Part shown: one piece after another, positions 61,900-64,000 of the stretch | How positions within the stretch are numbered: position 1 is the stretch's first letter | Layout of the letters: every line of letters starts with the position of its first letter | NCBI RefSeq assembly: GCF_963921235.1 | Contig: NC_086108.1 | Coordinates: 15,686,001 to 15,750,000 of the forward strand | Origin: Mobula hypostoma | Lineage: Eukaryota | Reading direction: 5' to 3' | Length of the DNA: 64,000 nucleotides | Position numbers and translations under genes: made by a program | Notes under the pieces: model-generated | What the model saw: the letters and a program-made list of their open reading frames with translations, nothing else | Databases searched by the model: none | What the model was told of the DNA's origin: nothing

Positions 61900-64000
61900 C
61901 ATAAGACAATAAGATATAGGAGCAAAGGAGGTCATTTGGCCAATCAAGTCTGTACTACCAGTTCATCATGGTTGATCCATTTCCCTCTCAGCCCCAATCT
62001 CCTGCCTTCTCCTTGTATCCATTCATGCCCTGACTAGTCAACCACTACCTTAAATATACCTAATGACTTGGCCTTCACATCTGCCTGTGGCAATGAATTC
62101 CATGGATTCACCACTCTGGCTAAAGAAATTCCTCCTCGTCTCTGTTCCAAATGGATGTTCCTCTAAGGCATCTTCTGGCCTTGGATTCCCCCACAATAGG
62201 ACACATCTTCTCCACATCTTTCAAACCTGGAACATTTTTCAGAACTTCCTTTGAAGTCTATCCGAATAATGTCAGCACATCCTTCCTTAGATAATGGGCT
62301 CAAAACTGCTCACAATACTCCAACTGAGGCCTCACCAGTGCCTTATAACAGCTCAACATGCTTTTATATTCTAGTCCTCTCAAAATGGATGCTAACATTG
62401 CATTTGTCTTCCTTACCACCAATTTAACCTCCCTACTTAGAAAATAGTCTACGCTTTAATTTCTTTTACCAAAGTACATGACCAGACACTTCCTGACACT
62501 ATATTTCATCTGCCACTTCTTTTCCCATTCTCCTAATCTGTCTATGTCCTTCAGGAGCCTCTCTACTTCCTCAACAGTATCTGCCCCTCCATCTATTTTT
62601 GTATTGTCCACAAACTTGGCCACAAAATTCCCGTCATCCAAATTATTGACGTATATCATAAAAAGAAGCGCCTCAAACACAGACCCCTGTGGAACGCCAC
62701 TAGTCACTGACAGTAACTAGGCTCCCTGTATTCCCACTCTTTGCCTCCTGCTAATCAGCCAATACTCTATCCATGCTAGTATCTTTCCTGTAATGCTATG
62801 TGCTCTCAACTTGTTAAGCAGCCTCATATGTGGCACTTTGTCAAAGGCCTCCAAAAAATCCAAGGGCACAACATTTACCAATTCTCCTTTGTCTATCCTG
62901 CTTGCTATTTTTTCAAAGAATTCCCACAGATTCGTCAGGCAAGATTTTCACTAAAGGAAACCATGCTGATTTCGGCCTGTTTTATCATGTACCTCCAAGT
63001 ACCCCAAAAGTGCATCCTTGACAATCAGCACTAACATTATCTCAATCACTGAGGTCAGACTAGCTGGCCTATAATTTCCTTTATTCTGCCTCTCTCCTTC
63101 TTGAAGAGTGGAATGACATTTACAATTTTTCAGTCCTCGGGAACCATGCCAGAATCCATTGATTCTTGAAAGATAATTACTAATGCCTCCACAATCTTCA
63201 GCCACGTCTTTCAGAACCTTGGTGTGTAGACCATCTGGTCCAGGTGACTTATCTACCTTCAGACCTTTCAATTTCCCAAGCACTTTTGCTGCCTGATGGT
63301 CTTGAACTTCCAGCATACTGCTAGTATCTTCCACAATGAAGACCGATGCAAAATACTTATTCAATTCATCCGCCATTTCCTTGTCCCCCATTACTATCTC
63401 TCCAGCATCATTTTCCAGTGGTCTGATAGCTACTCTCACCTTTCTTTTACACTTCATGTATCAGAAGAAAGTTTTTGTTTCCACTTCATTATTAGTTTAC
63501 TTTCATATTCCAACTTTTCTTTCTTTATGATATATTTTAGTTGCCTTCTGTTGGTTTTTAAAAGCTTCCAATTGTCCAACTTCCTATTAATTTTTCCTCA
63601 ATTATATGCCCTCACTTTGGCTTTGACTTCTCTTGTCAGCCACAGTTGCATCATCTTGTCTTTAGAATACTGCTTCTTTAGGATGCATCTATCCTGCGCC
63701 TTCGGAATTGTTCCCAGAAACTCCAGCCATTGCTGCTCTGCTGTTATCCCTGCTAGTGTTTCCTTCCAATCAACTTTGGCTAGCTCCTCTCTCATGCCTC
63801 TGTAATTCCCTTTACTCCTCTGTAATGCTAATACATCTTACTTTAGCTTCTCCTCAAATTGCAGGGTGAATTCAATCATATTATGATCACTTCCCCTAAG
63901 GGCTCCTTTACGTTAAGCTCTCTAAACAATTCTAGTTCATTGCACAACACTCAATCTAGAATAGCTGATCCCTCGGTTGGCTCAACCATAAGCTGTTCTA
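61900..64000 (-). mobile_element. CR1 LINE (diverged relative of 15941-18999), runs off the window
   Basis: It has a CATAAGACAATAAGA tail and the motifs SGVPQGSVF, KSPGPDG, NYRPASLT and MREELAKVDWKETLAG. Confidence 0.92.

Noticed and set aside
1..64000. Nested intronless GPCR (GPR52/GPR21) known from RABGAP1-family introns
   Set aside because: There is no ~350-aa seven-transmembrane ORF in the six-frame track.

Overview
This is eukaryotic, transposon-dense vertebrate DNA. The mix of CR1, Rex1/Babar and Penelope retroelements suggests a cartilaginous fish, probably a ray or shark; this is an inference from repeat content only. The only recognisable host-gene sequence is one 42-nt, phase-0 coding exon at 47077-47118 (+; GLSIIFNVALALLK). 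It matches the C-terminal TBC-domain segment of RABGAP1L/RABGAP1, so the window is probably two giant introns of that gene. Almost all long ORFs are transposon-derived. CR1 LINEs include young near-intact copies and two near-full-length copies with zinc-finger/leucine-zipper plus SGNH-esterase ORF1 remnants. The rest are many Rex1/Babar LINEs, Penelope-like elements with minimal hammerhead ribozymes, a full-length DD34E Tc1 element, Tigger/pogo and PIF/Harbinger deletion derivatives, two solo LTRs, a tRNA-headed SINE and a MITE, often nested 2-3 levels deep. I see no new multi-gene system. The best candidates for novelty are: (i) an intact-core hammerhead on the host sense strand, (ii) a Penelope 5' fold-back whose junction lies just downstream of the ribozyme cleavage site, (iii) about 92-bp tandem monomers at the 5' end of a CR1 LINE, and (iv) an ~810-bp non-coding retroposon with a YY1-type head. 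Boundaries of old, degenerate repeats are approximate, and all family assignments come from motif recognition, not database searches.
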